This document shows, piece by piece, positions 1 to 11,700 of a stretch of 64,000 nucleotides of DNA (position 1 is its first letter; every line of letters starts with the position of its first letter). Position numbers and translations under genes: made by a program. A model generated the notes under the pieces. That model worked only from the letters and a program-made list of their open reading frames with translations, had not been told where the DNA came from and made no database searches. Source of the stretch: Bacteroidales bacterium UBA5072 (GTDB taxonomy: Bacteria > Bacteroidota > Bacteroidia > Bacteroidales > UBA10428); the NCBI GenBank assembly GCA_002415855.1, contig DIAS01000162.1:3647-67646 (forward strand), given 5' to 3'.

Positions 1-1441
1 CATCCTTTACCATGAAATCAAGCTTGGGTCCGTAAAAAGCTGCTTCACCCCTCACAACGGTGGTTTGCATTTCTTTTTCCTGTGTAGCTTCGATAATGGC
101 TTGTTCTGCCTTTTCCCAATTTTCATCAGAACCGATATATTTTTCGCGGTTTTCCGGATCACGTAGTGACACCTGAGCAACAAAATCGTGAAAATCAAAT
201 GCTTTAAAAACAGTATAAATGATATCGATTACTTTGATAAACTCTTCCTTGATCTGATCAGGGCGACAGAAAAGGTGGGCATCATCCTGTGTAAAACCCC
301 GGACCCTGGTTAATCCGTGCAGTTCTCCGCTCATCTCATAACGGTATACTGTGCCAAATTCAGCATACCTGATCGGTAAATCTTTGTATGACCTGGGTTT
401 ACTTTTATAGATCTCGCAATGATGCGGACAATTCATGGGTTTCAGCAGGAACTCTTCACCTTCCTCGGGGGTATGGATCGGTTTAAAGGAGTCTTTTCCG
501 TACTTTTCGTAATGTCCTGAAGTTACGTAGAGTTCTTTTTGACCGATATGGGGAGTTATTACAGGTAAATAGCCATGTTTTGTCTGAATTTTCTTCAGGA
601 AACTTTCAAGCCTTTCTCTCAGTTGTGCTCCTTTGGGGAGCCAAAGCGGAAGTCCCTGTCCCACTTTTTGCGAGAAAGTAAACAATTCAAGCTCCCGTCC
701 GAGCTTACGGTGGTCCCTTGCCTTTGCCTGTTCAAGCATGACCAGGTAATCATCAAGCATTTGCTTTTTCGGGAAGGAGATTCCGTAAATACGGGTCAGC
801 TGTTTCCGTTTTTCATCACCGCGCCAATAGGCACCGGCCACGCTCAGGAGTTTAATGGCCTTGATATGGCTTGTATCGGGAAGATGGGGGCCACGGCAAA
901 GATCCGTGAAGTTACCATGCCGGTAGAGGGTTATTGTACCATCCTCAAGTTCCCGGATCAGTTCGATTTTATATTCGTCTCCCTTGGCACCAAACAGGTC
1001 AAGCACTTCCTTTTTTCCAATTTCTTCCCTTTTGTACGCACTGTTCTTCCTGCTGAGCTCGTACATTTTCTCTTCGATCCTGGGCAGGTCTGTTTCGGTA
1101 ATCACCACACCGTCACCTGGATCAACATCATAATAAAAACCGTTTTCGATGGCAGGGCCGATGCCGAACTTAATACCGGGATAAAGGGCTTCGAGTGCTT
1201 CAGCCATGAGGTGAGCCGAAGAATGCCAAAAGGCATGCCTGCCTTCGGGGGTATCAAACTTATGCAGCACCACGCTGGCATCACTCCTGATGGGCCGCGT
1301 AGCATCCCATATTTCATTGTTGACGCTCACGGCGACCACCTCACGGGCAAGGCTGTTACTAAGATTCCTGGCTATGTCCAGGCCTGTTACACCCTGTTCA
1401 TACTCACGGATGGAATTATCGGGAAATGTGATCCTGATCAT
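1..1441 (-). CDS. thrS: threonine--tRNA ligase (ThrRS), N-terminal ~480 codons; the 3' end runs off the window
   Basis: Absent from the supplied ORF track because its stop is off-window. Reverse-strand translation from the ATG at 1441..1439 reads [28 protein letters not shown]...[28 protein letters not shown]...[22 protein letters not shown]...[12 protein letters not shown]...[14 protein letters not shown] and stays open to position 1. These are the TGS domain, editing-domain HxxxH and class II core motifs of ThrRS. Confidence 0.92.
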   Translation of the reverse strand, partial: MIRITFPDNSIREYEQGVTGLDIARNLSNSLAREVVAVSVNNEIWDATRPIRSDASVVLHKFDTPEGRHAFWHSSAHLMAEALEALYPGIKFGIGPAIENGFYYDVDPGDGVVITETDLPRIEEKMYELSRKNSAYKREEIGKKEVLDLFGAKGDEYKIELIRELEDGTITLYRHGNFTDLCRGPHLPDTSHIKAIKLLSVAGAYWRGDEKRKQLTRIYGISFPKKQMLDDYLVMLEQAKARDHRKLGRELELFTFSQKVGQGLPLWLPKGAQLRERLESFLKKIQTKHGYLPVITPHIGQKELYVTSGHYEKYGKDSFKPIHTPEEGEEFLLKPMNCPHHCEIYKSKPRSYKDLPIRYAEFGTVYRYEMSGELHGLTRVRGFTQDDAHLFCRPDQIKEEFIKVIDIIYTVFKAFDFHDFVAQVSLRDPENREKYIGSDENWEKAEQAIIEATQEKEMQTTVVRGEAAFYGPKLDFMVKD

Positions 1442-1466
1442 CACTGATTATTTTGTAAATGAGGTG

Positions 1467-1474
1467 CAAAGATA
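1467..1474 (-). promoter_or_regulatory. candidate Bacteroidota -7 promoter box (TATCTTTG) for thrS
   Basis: The minus strand reads TATCTTTG, matching TAnnTTTG. It ends about 25 nt upstream of the thrS ATG. Confidence 0.4.
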
Positions 1475-1540
1475 AAAAAAAATTAAAAAGCTTTGCTATT
1501 GCCGTGCATGTCAATGATTGTACTGAAAAATATAAAGTTT

Positions 1541-4500
1541 TCAAGAGCTTGTGCGCCTGATGGGGCGGTTTTGTTCCGCAATTTTTATGAGCCTGTTTAT
1601 TCTCATTCGGTTCAACCTGTTCAGCCTGAGTGTCTCCAGGTAGTTGAGCACCCTCCGGATAATATCATAGTACAGCAATGCAAGGAGTAATCCGGTAAAG
1701 ATCCAGATAAGCACAAGGTTATACCAAAAGGTATCGACCTTTTGATGAAACAGGTTCTTGAAAGGTGCATAAAAATGGGCTCTCCAGCTACTCATTCTGG
1801 ATTCCCGGAAAATGGCATCTTTTATGGGAACCATTTCACCGTCATGTACCGAATATTGCTGGATTTCTTTTTCGTTGGTTACAGCCATTGCCAGTTGCTT
1901 GTTGTAATACCTTTGCTTAAACTGCATGAAGTTTTCTTCCCCTCCCAGTTTGGCAACCAGGTCCCGGTATATCCGGTCCCTTTCATCAACAGCCCGGTTG
2001 TACCGACGACGGTAGATGACCAGTGCCTTGTCGAGAATAGCTTGCACAGATTCATTCATGGAAGGATGATAAAGTCCGGGGGTCAGACTGTCGGTGAAGT
2101 CGGGTGGATTTTGTCCGATATCCAGGCAGATGATATTCATCTCAGACCGCATGACACTGAGGTTGTTGGCATACCTGAAAGTGTCGGTAGGATTTTGATA
2201 AAGATCTTTCGTATCCCTGGCAATCTCCGAAAGACCGGAAATTACATAGGATCGGAAATAACCGGCATTCTTTGCCCTCCTTTCAGCCTCGTAAAAATAC
2301 TTTTCATAAGCATTGTCCTTGAACTGAGTAACCGCCAGGGCTTCGTAAGCCCATCTGGATGTCATCAGGTCGCCGATAATCGGAACTGCTTTGTCGTTTG
2401 CAATTTTGTTGTGCATTTTGCTGAAATCAACCACAACACCGCTGAACAATAACTGTGGTACGAGGATCAGTGGTACCAGAATATAGATTGTGACCACTGA
2501 ATTAAAACCCGATGAAATGTTGAGGCCTACCATGTTCGCCCAGCAGGAGGCCGTGAACAGGATTATCCAGTAACGGAATAACATTCCCTGTATTTCAAGC
2601 ATGGAATTTCCGATCAGGACAAAAATAAATGTCTGTAATGCTGAAATCATGAAAAGGATACAGATCTTGGAAAACAGGTAACTGGACCGGCTCAGGTTCA
2701 GAAATTTCTCCCGCTTCAGTATTTTCCTGTCCTTGAAGATTTCCTCTGCGCTGATCACAAGGCCCAAAAACAGCGCAACGATAACCGCCATGAACAGGAA
2801 CGCCGGCATTACAGTGTTTTCGCCGAATATATAACGGGGAACACCATTAACAAAGGTGAAGTTCTTTGAAAAGAAGGCAAGAATAAAAGCCAGTATCGGA
2901 GCCTCAAGTGCCAGAAGCATGAGGTATTGCTTGTTATAATACTTTGCCAGCAAGTCGCGTTTCAGGAATATCCAAAACTGATGGAAGTGATCAGGAATTT
3001 TGAAATTATTCCTTGGAATGGATGAATCATGTTCCCGAACGATCAGTTTGGTATTGACATCAATATTCTCAAGAAACCGCTGATACCATTCCTCCGGGTT
3101 TGTTTTGCGCTTGCGGGTAAGTCTTCCGTTTGCATCCACTTCCCGTGATTCGATGATCCGCAGGATTTCATCTGAGTTGATATTACCACAGGAAAGGCAT
3201 TCTGTTTCCTCAGCATCCGCATAATGGACTTCCTGCTTGAAATAGGTAATGGCACTGATAGGATGGCCATAATACACCACCCTTCCTCCCTGATCCATCA
3301 CCAGGAGTTTGTCAATCATGCGGAAAACATCTGAGGATGGCTGGTGTATGTTGGCGATTATCAATTTACCCTTCAGGGTTTGCCTTTTCAGGAGGGTGAT
3401 GACCTTTTCCGAATCGGCAGATGACAATCCGGATGTGGGCTCATCTACAAAAAGAATGGATGGCTCCCTGATCAGTTCCAGGGCGATATTAAGGCGTTTT
3501 CGCTGTCCGCCGCTCAGGAAAGTGGTAAATGCGTCACCAACGTTCAGGTCACGTGCTTCAACCAGGTCGAAATCAACAAGTGCATCGTCCACAACTTCGT
3601 TAATTTGTTCATGGGTATACCCATCGAAACACAACCTAGCATTGAAGTAAAGGTTTTCATATACGGTTAGTTCCTTGATCAACAAGTCATCCTGTGGAAC
3701 ATAACCGATAATTCCCTTGACCAATTCCTTGTTTTCATGAATGTCCCATCCGTTGATCCTGATTGAACCCTGGCGGGGTTTCAGATTTCCGTTCAGGACA
3801 TTCAGCAAGGTTGACTTTCCTGAACCACTTCCGCCAATTATGCCGACAAGCCGTCCGGATTCCTCGGTCAGATTGAATTTTTTTACGCCATTCTTGCTGT
3901 TGAAATAAGTGAACTGTATATCCTCTGCAGTAAATACAAATTTCACCTCAGCACTGGCTTGGATAAATTTTCCCCGGACCCAGCTGAAGTATATGGAGCC
4001 TATCTTCGGATTTCTCAAAACTGAACCCAAAGACCAGATATAGGAACGACCTGGTTTGATGCGATGCCCGTTCATGAGCAACATCATATTGCCATAATAC
4101 CTGAAGATGTAAGTATCAGCACTTGGAATCCTTAAAACCACGATCTGGCCATCCAGTTTATCAATCCCCAGTTGTTTGATTTCCGGAGAGGATGTTGCAT
4201 TCCGGGTCCTGATGAACAGTAACCAATCGCGATGTACTACACTATTAATCTCTTCGAATGTAAAAGATTTTGCGTCTTTAAACTCGTCTTCCTCTACCTT
4301 CAGGTAGGTGGCGGCTGTTCTTACGAGACTTAATTCGGTTCTTGTATGTTTTTCCCCGCTTTGTATAAAGTCGAGCAGATAAATCAGCACAATGATTTTT
4401 TGCTCATGCTCAAGCTCCTCATTAATCTGGTCGCACAACTGGATGATCCGGTTCTCGGCGTTGATTTTCCTGACAGCCGGATCAGCGATGACCGGATCAT

Positions 4501-4690
4501 TACTGATCTGATGAAGGTATTTTACCTGCTGGTCAAAGAATTCAATGTATTTATGAACTATCTCATAACTGTATTGCCGGTCGAGGTAATCCATGACAAT
4601 ACTGCGCTTGCTATCGGATTGCCCCTCCTTGTTGATATCAGAGACAATCGCAAATAAACGCATCAGCGCCCGTAAAATTGATTCGTTCAT
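1541..4690 (-). CDS. fused ABC transporter: N-terminal regulatory region, ATPase and ABC-2-type permease
   Basis: Walker A is GGSGSGKSTLLNVLNG, the signature is LSGGQRKR and Walker B is ILFVDEPTSGLS. The C-terminal half has about 6 hydrophobic TM segments. The track start at 4723 is a TTG that overlaps a hairpin, so the ATG at 4690 (MNESILRAL...) is preferred. Confidence 0.88.
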   Translation of the reverse strand: MNESILRALMRLFAIVSDINKEGQSDSKRSIVMDYLDRQYSYEIVHKYIEFFDQQVKYLHQISNDPVIADPAVRKINAENRIIQLCDQINEELEHEQKIIVLIYLLDFIQSGEKHTRTELSLVRTAATYLKVEEDEFKDAKSFTFEEINSVVHRDWLLFIRTRNATSSPEIKQLGIDKLDGQIVVLRIPSADTYIFRYYGNMMLLMNGHRIKPGRSYIWSLGSVLRNPKIGSIYFSWVRGKFIQASAEVKFVFTAEDIQFTYFNSKNGVKKFNLTEESGRLVGIIGGSGSGKSTLLNVLNGNLKPRQGSIRINGWDIHENKELVKGIIGYVPQDDLLIKELTVYENLYFNARLCFDGYTHEQINEVVDDALVDFDLVEARDLNVGDAFTTFLSGGQRKRLNIALELIREPSILFVDEPTSGLSSADSEKVITLLKRQTLKGKLIIANIHQPSSDVFRMIDKLLVMDQGGRVVYYGHPISAITYFKQEVHYADAEETECLSCGNINSDEILRIIESREVDANGRLTRKRKTNPEEWYQRFLENIDVNTKLIVREHDSSIPRNNFKIPDHFHQFWIFLKRDLLAKYYNKQYLMLLALEAPILAFILAFFSKNFTFVNGVPRYIFGENTVMPAFLFMAVIVALFLGLVISAEEIFKDRKILKREKFLNLSRSSYLFSKICILFMISALQTFIFVLIGNSMLEIQGMLFRYWIILFTASCWANMVGLNISSGFNSVVTIYILVPLILVPQLLFSGVVVDFSKMHNKIANDKAVPIIGDLMTSRWAYEALAVTQFKDNAYEKYFYEAERRAKNAGYFRSYVISGLSEIARDTKDLYQNPTDTFRYANNLSVMRSEMNIICLDIGQNPPDFTDSLTPGLYHPSMNESVQAILDKALVIYRRRYNRAVDERDRIYRDLVAKLGGEENFMQFKQRYYNKQLAMAVTNEKEIQQYSVHDGEMVPIKDAIFRESRMSSWRAHFYAPFKNLFHQKVDTFWYNLVLIWIFTGLLLALLYYDIIRRVLNYLETLRLNRLNRMRINRLIKIAEQNRPIRRTSS

Positions 4691-4704
4691 GATAAGTACT
4701 CTAT

Positions 4705-4738
4705 ACCAAAACAGCCCTAGCAAATTGCACAGGGCTGT
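4705..4738 (-). terminator. candidate intrinsic terminator after the lipoprotein gene
   Basis: The 8-bp stem ACAGCCCT/AGGGCTGT (4711-4718 and 4731-4738) is followed on the minus strand by TTTT. Confidence 0.4.
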
Positions 4739-4764
4739 AGGTATTTTAAGGAATTAGCAAGATT

Positions 4765-5598
4765 TTAAACCAGGGAATTCCTGACAGATTTGATAGTCTT
4801 TAAGATCAGGTTGTAATCTGCCTCGGACAATCCGGTATCCACTTTATCGTAAACCGGTTTAAGAACCTGCAGTTTTGCTTCCAGGCTTTGGATATCTGCA
4901 TTGGTATTCCTTGCGGTCAGAAGGCTCATAACTTTATCATAGGAAGCCTTCTGCTTGCTGATTATGTCAACCATACCCGTAAAATTGTATGAATTTTCAG
5001 ATATATTGGTAGCAAGGTACATCAGTTCAACCCACATACCGGTAACCATATTGACAGCCAGATCAGGATTGCTTTTCTGATCCAGGTACTGGTAAGTATC
5101 GTAAATCGTATTGGTAACAATAGAAATAAGAGAATCCTTGTTCTCGAATTTGGTTTTGTATTCTTCGGACAGCAATTTCGAATAATCATATGTTACGCCA
5201 AGCTGATCAGCAAGAGTTTTTATGGAATTCAGGTACGTCTGAATATCCTGTTGTTGCTGGTAGGTTGAGGCATAGGCGAGATCTGCGCCGTAAATACCCA
5301 GGTTAATTGCCTTACTTTGTTCGGTAATGTATTTCTCAACCTTTCCCGGAGCATTCAGGTTCTTAGATGAATAAGTTGCACCGATGTCAGTAAGCATCTG
5401 TGTCATTTCAAATGGAGCGGGCAGCGGATATAAAACCTCTTTTATATCGGAGGCCAGTAATTCTTTGCTAAGACTATCTGCGGCCAGTTGGTCCTGGTCG
5501 GCCGATTTGCCTCCTCCCTTGCAGGATGCCACGAAGAATATGGCAACGACTACTATCGCCAGTGAACTGGTTGAACTTAAGAATTTGTTTGTACTCAT
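4765..5598 (-). CDS. hypothetical lipoprotein
   Basis: There is a signal peptide ending in a lipobox-like VASC (MSTNKFLSSTSSLAIVVVAIFFVASCKGG). The rest looks helical and has no motif I recognise. Confidence 0.6.
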   Translation of the reverse strand: MSTNKFLSSTSSLAIVVVAIFFVASCKGGGKSADQDQLAADSLSKELLASDIKEVLYPLPAPFEMTQMLTDIGATYSSKNLNAPGKVEKYITEQSKAINLGIYGADLAYASTYQQQQDIQTYLNSIKTLADQLGVTYDYSKLLSEEYKTKFENKDSLISIVTNTIYDTYQYLDQKSNPDLAVNMVTGMWVELMYLATNISENSYNFTGMVDIISKQKASYDKVMSLLTARNTNADIQSLEAKLQVLKPVYDKVDTGLSEADYNLILKTIKSVRNSLV

Positions 5599-5601
5599 AT
5601 T

Positions 5602-5675
5602 ATTTATTGATTTAATGATTTGTTGATTTATTGATTTAATGATCTGTTCATTTTATGATTTATTGATCCAATGAT
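5602..5675. repeat. three AT-rich direct repeats, ATTTATTGAT(TT/CC)AATGAT
   Basis: Copies start at 5602, 5626 and 5658. They lie immediately upstream of the lipoprotein start codon, which is on the minus strand at 5598. Confidence 0.55.
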
Positions 5676-5785
5676 CAGATGATTCAATATTTTATTAATT
5701 GAATGCAAATATAAGGATTGTAATTTATATTACAGAGGGACCGGGCAATTTTATTATGGTGAGAGGATATCCGTGAAGTCCGTCA

Positions 5786-8700
5786 TCAGTCATTATCAAT
5801 GATCAGCTTCCTGTTGTAGACGGATCCATCAATGTGCACAGTGATATAATATACACCAACTCTCAGTTCATAATCAGAAATCACGATTAAGCGGTTGGTT
5901 CCGTCGGCGATTCTTCTCTGCAACAGATTTCCGCTCTGATCAAACAATTCAATGACTGCTTTCCTGAAATCTTCTCTTCCGAGATCGATGTAAAAATAAT
6001 CATCCCGGACAGGATTGGGAAATACAGTAATGGTAGCATTGTTGCCCGGGAAACCCGTGGTGACTTCCAGGTATTCACAAGTGTCGGAAATATTTCCTGC
6101 TGCGTCTCCGGCACTGACACTCATATAATAGGCTGTATTATACGGCAACTCATTGAAGAATGCTTCTGTTCCGGTTACAGTAGCAACCAGCGAATCATTC
6201 TGGAAAACAAAATACTCTGTAACGCCCACATTATCCGCTGCCGAATTCCACTTCAGTTTAAAGCTTTTGTAGGTAATGTTGACAGCGGTCAGCCCTTCCG
6301 GGATCCCCGGACGCTGTGTATCGGGAGTTATGAGTTGAATCTCCGTACTGGCGGTGGAGGAATTGCCGGCTGCATCCCTGGCTTTCACAAAGACTACGTA
6401 TTGCGTGGAGGAGGCAAGTCCTGTAATCATAATGGAGGTATCAGATGTGATCAGGTCGGGCATGTTGTTACAGTAAACCTCATATTCCACAACGCCAACA
6501 TTGTCGGATGCCGGAGACCAGCTTAAGGTGAACGTGCTGTCGGTAACATTATCAGCAATGACTTCTGCCGGTGCTGCCGGAGATTGCAAATCAAGTGTCT
6601 GTACCTTTATGGCATCACTCACCGGGGAGTAATTCCCCGCTACATCCTTTGCCCTGACTGTCATGACATATTGCTTATAAGCGACCAGTCCGTCAATTTG
6701 AGCAACAGTATCGGTACATATTGTCAATAATGACCCATCCCTGTAAATCTCATATCCATTGATACCAACATTGTCTGACGATGCCTTCCATTTCAGCGTA
6801 AAACCGGTTTCAGTAATGTCGTTAGTTGTCAACGCAGCAGGAACTGTAGGAGGCTCTGTATCAGGCGTGGTAACATTCAGAACAGAACTGACAGCTGAAG
6901 TATTACCGGCTGCATCTTTGGCCCTTACAGTCATGGCATAAGTTCTGAAAGCAGCGAGTCCAACCAGAACAGTGCTATTCCCGGTAACCCTGGTCACCTG
7001 AACGCCATTCTGATACACCAGGTATTCAGTTACCCCTACATTGTCCGTGGAGACAGCCCACCGCAGCGTAAAGCCAGACTGGGTAAGGTTGGTATAATTC
7101 AAACCCGAAGGGACTGTCGGAGCCTCCGTATCAGGTGTTGTAACTTCCAGAACATCACTGGGAGTAGACAGGTTACCCGCACCATCCCTGGCCCTTATGG
7201 TTATGGAATAGGTTCTGGCAGCAGCCAGACCAGTAAGCGTTGCAGCGGTACCTGTAACTGTTCTAGCCAGGATATTATGCTCATAGATCTCATATTCAGT
7301 AACTCCAACATTGTCGGTAGAGCCTGTCCAGTTCAACGTGAAGCCCGATTGAGTCAGGTTGGAATACGTCAGCCCGGTTGGTGTGGTCGGATGTTCGGTG
7401 TCCGGCGTAGTAACTCTCAATACGGCACTTGCAGCAGAGACATTCCCGGCTGCATCCCTTGCTCTCACGGTCATATTATAAGATCTGAAGGCTGACAGCC
7501 CCGTCACCCCTGCTGCAGTACCTCCGACTGTTGCTACAAGAACTCCGTCCCTGTATATATCATAGCCGGTAACATTTACATTGTCGGTTGAAGAACTCCA
7601 GGTAAGCGTAAAGCCTGTTTGTGACAGGTCGGAGAATGATAACCCTGCCGGGACACTCGGTGCTTCGGTATCCGGGGTTGTAACAGGTAGCGGGCTGCTG
7701 AGAGGCGATGTATTACCCACAGCATCTCTGGCTCTGACTGTCATAATATAACTTGCTGAAGCTCTTAAGCCGGTAATGTTAACATAGTTGGTTGTAACCG
7801 TAGCAACCTGAACACCATTCTGGTAAACATCATATCCTGCAACTCCCACATTATCAGTGGATGCGGTCCAGTTCAACCTGAAACCCGATTGTATCAGATT
7901 GCTTATTGATAGTCCTGCAGGGGTCGTTGGGGGTTGGTTATCGAGGGTCCGGACATTTAAAACAGCACTCGCAGAAGAAATATTATTAGCCGCATCCTTC
8001 GCTCTTACTGTCATTGCATATGATGTGTAGGCAGCCAGTCCTGAAATTCCGACGGTATTGCCAGTAACGGTAACAAGGAATACCCCATTCTGATAAACAT
8101 CGTAACCGGTGGTGCCTACATTATCTGCTGATGCCGTCCAGGTTAATGTAAAGCTTGATTGTGAAATATTGCTGGAAGTCAGGCCGGTTGGAACAGCCGG
8201 AGCCTGTGTATCGGGCGTGGTAACCACAAGAACGGAACTGGATGATGATATATTTCCGGCAGCATCAATTGCACTTACCGACATGGAATAAGATACAGAT
8301 GCTGACAAACCACTCACATTTGCTGAAGGAGCGGTTACCGTTTGCAGCAATGTTCCATTCCTGTATACATTGTATCCTGTTACGCCCACATTGTCGCTGG
8401 CGGCGGTCCAGTTCAGCGTGAAGCTTGATTGCGTGAGGTTGCTGCTGGTAAGTCCCGTTGGTGCGGAGGGAGCGTGGGTATCCAGGGTTGTTACATTCAG
8501 GATGCTGCTCACTGGGGAAGTGTTACCGGCTGCGTCTTTTGCCCTGATCGTTATCGCATAGGCTGTGCCTGCATTCAAACCGGTTATAGTCATGGAGGCA
8601 CTGGTGACAGAATTTAACAGACTCCCATTCCGGTAAACATCGTAACCAGTAACACCCACGTTATCGGTTGAGGGCGTCCAGGTAAGGCTAAAGCTTGTTT

Positions 8701-11700
8701 CTGTAATATTTGCAGCAGCCAGACCAGCAGGGACATTTGGTGCATGAAGATCAGCGGTGGTAACATAAAGAATACTGCTGAGGCCAGAAGTATTTCCGGC
8801 GGCATCTCTTGCTCTGACAGTCATTGAATAGGCAGATCCGGCACTAAGCCCGGTAACATTGAAGGATATGCCTGTGATCGTATTCAGCAAGGTACCGTTC
8901 CGGTACACATCATACCCGGTAACACCGGCGTTATCAGTAGAAGCGGTCCAGTTAAAGGTGAAGCTTGTTTCCGTGACAGCAGCGGATGATAATCCGGTAG
9001 GAACCGTAGGGGCTTGAAAATCAGCAGTAGTAACATAAAGTATGTTACTCCGTGCAGAGACATTATTGGCCGCATCTTTAGCGCTGACAGTCATTGAATA
9101 AGTTGCACCGGCATTCAGTCCGGTAATGTTCATGGAAGTACCTGTGACTGTATTCAATAAAATACCGTTTCGGTAAACATCGTATCCGGTGACGCCGACA
9201 TCATCCGCAGATGCAGCCCAGGTCAGTGTAAATCCAGTTTCAGTAACAGATGCTGAGGACAAGCCTGCAGGAACGGTCGGAGCCTGCGTATCAGGAATGA
9301 TCTCATCTAAGGTCCTGACAATGAGTTCGGTACTGGGATCAGAAAGATTGCCTGCTGCATCCTTTGCGATTACGGTCACAGAATAATTTGTGGCAGATGG
9401 AAGATCGCTCAGCGTAGCCGTGGTTGAAACAACTGTGGTGACGTGCGTGCTGTTCAGGAGAATATCGTATCCGGTAACGGCAATATTATCTGTGGAGGCA
9501 GTCCAGGTAAGGGTAAATCCGGTTTCACTGATATCAGATGAAGACAAACCGGTTGGGGCTGTAGGTTTTTCGGTGTCAGGTATAACTACCTCGAGGGTAG
9601 TTACATTCAGGGGCACAGATAAGCCGGATATGTTTCCGGCAGCATCTCTTGCGCTCACTGTCATAGCATAGGTCGCAGAAGCCGTCAGTCCTGAAATGTC
9701 TGCCGAGTTTACTGCCACCGTGGCGATCAGCACTCCGTCCTGGTATACATCGTATCCTGTGACACCCACATTGTCTGTTGAAGCGGTCCAGCCTAAAGTA
9801 AATCCGGTTTGTGTTACATTGGAGAAGGTTAATCCTGTGGGGACCGCCGGTGCCTGGCTATCAACAATCACGGCCTCAGCTGTGGTAACATTCAGAATTG
9901 CACTTGAAACTGAAGTATTGCCGGCTGCGTCCTTTGCCCTAACAGTCATGGCATAACTGGTGGAAGCCGCTAAGCCTGTGATACTTGCCGTTGTGCCGGT
10001 AACCGACGATTCATAAGAACCGTTCCGGTAAACATCATATCCGGTAACACCAACGTTATCCAAGGAGGCTGTCCAGCTTAATGTAAAACCGGACTGTGTG
10101 ATGTTGCTTGCAGATAATGGGCCGGGAGCAGCGGGAGCCTGTGTGTCAGGGGTAGTAACGTTAAATACCGCGCTGGCAATGGAAATATTGCCTGCAGCAT
10201 CTTTAGCCTTAACTGTCATGGCGTAGGTTGTGGATGCGGATAAACCCGTAATATTCGCAGAAGTACCGGTAACTGAAGCTACTCTCGTACCATTCTGAAA
10301 AACATCGTACCCCGTAACACCAACATTATCTGCCGAGGCGATCCAGCTAAACAAAAATCCCGTTTCCGTAAGACTTCCGGATGACAGTCCGGTTGGTGCT
10401 GCAGGAGCTTCGGTATCGGGGGTGGTTAAAGATAACGGACTGCTGACAGCAGAAAGATTGCCGGCCGCATCTCTTGCCCGCACCGTAAATGAATACAAAG
10501 TCGAGACATTCAAACCGGTAATGCTGGCAGATGTACTGGTGACAGTAATTTCCAATACACCGTTCTTATATACAAGGTAACCTGTAACACCAACATTATC
10601 TGTAGACGCTGTCCAGCTCAGAATAAAACTGGTCTGGGTGATGCCGGAGGATGCAAGTGCTGTTGGTGCGGTAGGTGGCTGGCTATCGACTACAACTGGA
10701 TCAAGGGTTTTGACACTGAGGGCAGTGCTTGCTGCCGATACATTATTGGCGGCATCTTTGGCTCTGACCGTCATAACGTAGGTAGTACCGGCAGACAATC
10801 CGGAGATGCCAAAAGTAGTGCCTGTAACGGTCTCCAGATAGGTCCCGTCTCTATAAACATCGTAACCGATAACACCCACATTATCTGTGGAAGCAGTCCA
10901 GCTCAGGGTAAAGCTGGTCTGAGTTATGTTGGCTGATGCAAGTCCAGCAGGAACAGCAGGTGCATGTGTATCGGGAGTAGTAACGTTGAATATCGTGCTT
11001 TGAGCTGAAGCATTGCCTGCTGCATCCCTTGCTCTTACTGTCATGGCATAGGTGGTGGAGGCCGTCAGACCTGATATTACAGCAGATGTACCGGTAACTG
11101 AGCTCAGCAATGAGCCGTTCCGGTAAACATCATATCCTGTAACGCCTACGTTATCCGTTGCGGCAGCCCAGCTTAATGTGAAACCGGTTTCTGTAAGGTT
11201 GCCGGAGGACAAGGCAAGCGGTACTGTAGGAGCCTCGGTATCTGCTGTGGTAACAATTAATGAGGCGCTAAGCGGAGATAGATTGCCAGCACCGTCCCTT
11301 GCTCTGACCGTGAACGTATAAGCGGTGGCGGCACTCAGTCCTGTAATGCTTGCAGTGGTGAGTCTGCCTGTACTAACCTGCACACCATTCATATAGACTG
11401 TATATCCTGATATGCCGACATTATCAGTAGATGCAGTCCAGTTCAATGTCAGGCTTGATTGTTGCACACTTGTAGCATTTAGCCCTGTGGGAGCCGTGGG
11501 AGCCTGAGTATCAGGCACATCATATGCTCCGACGTACCATGTCGCCAGGTTGTTATAAACAACTGCCTTTGCAGCATTCCTGATATTCGCAGCATCAGTT
11601 GCAGACAGTGTATAATTATAGGTAAGAAGCGACGGGTCCTTTCTGAAAATTGCAGCATAGAAAGCGCAAGCTGCAGCGTAGGAGCCTGCTTCGGAAGGAT

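Noticed and set aside
575-1447. A 290-aa ORF on the + strand, the largest track ORF in the first 1.5 kb.
   Set aside because: It is the antisense shadow of thrS. The minus strand encodes unmistakable ThrRS motifs over the same span, and the + frame product is low-complexity with no motifs.
6056-11515. Highly regular ~273-bp periodicity that could suggest a CRISPR-like or satellite array.
   Set aside because: The repeats are in frame within one long ORF and encode FN3 domains. There are no short repeat/spacer units and no cas genes.
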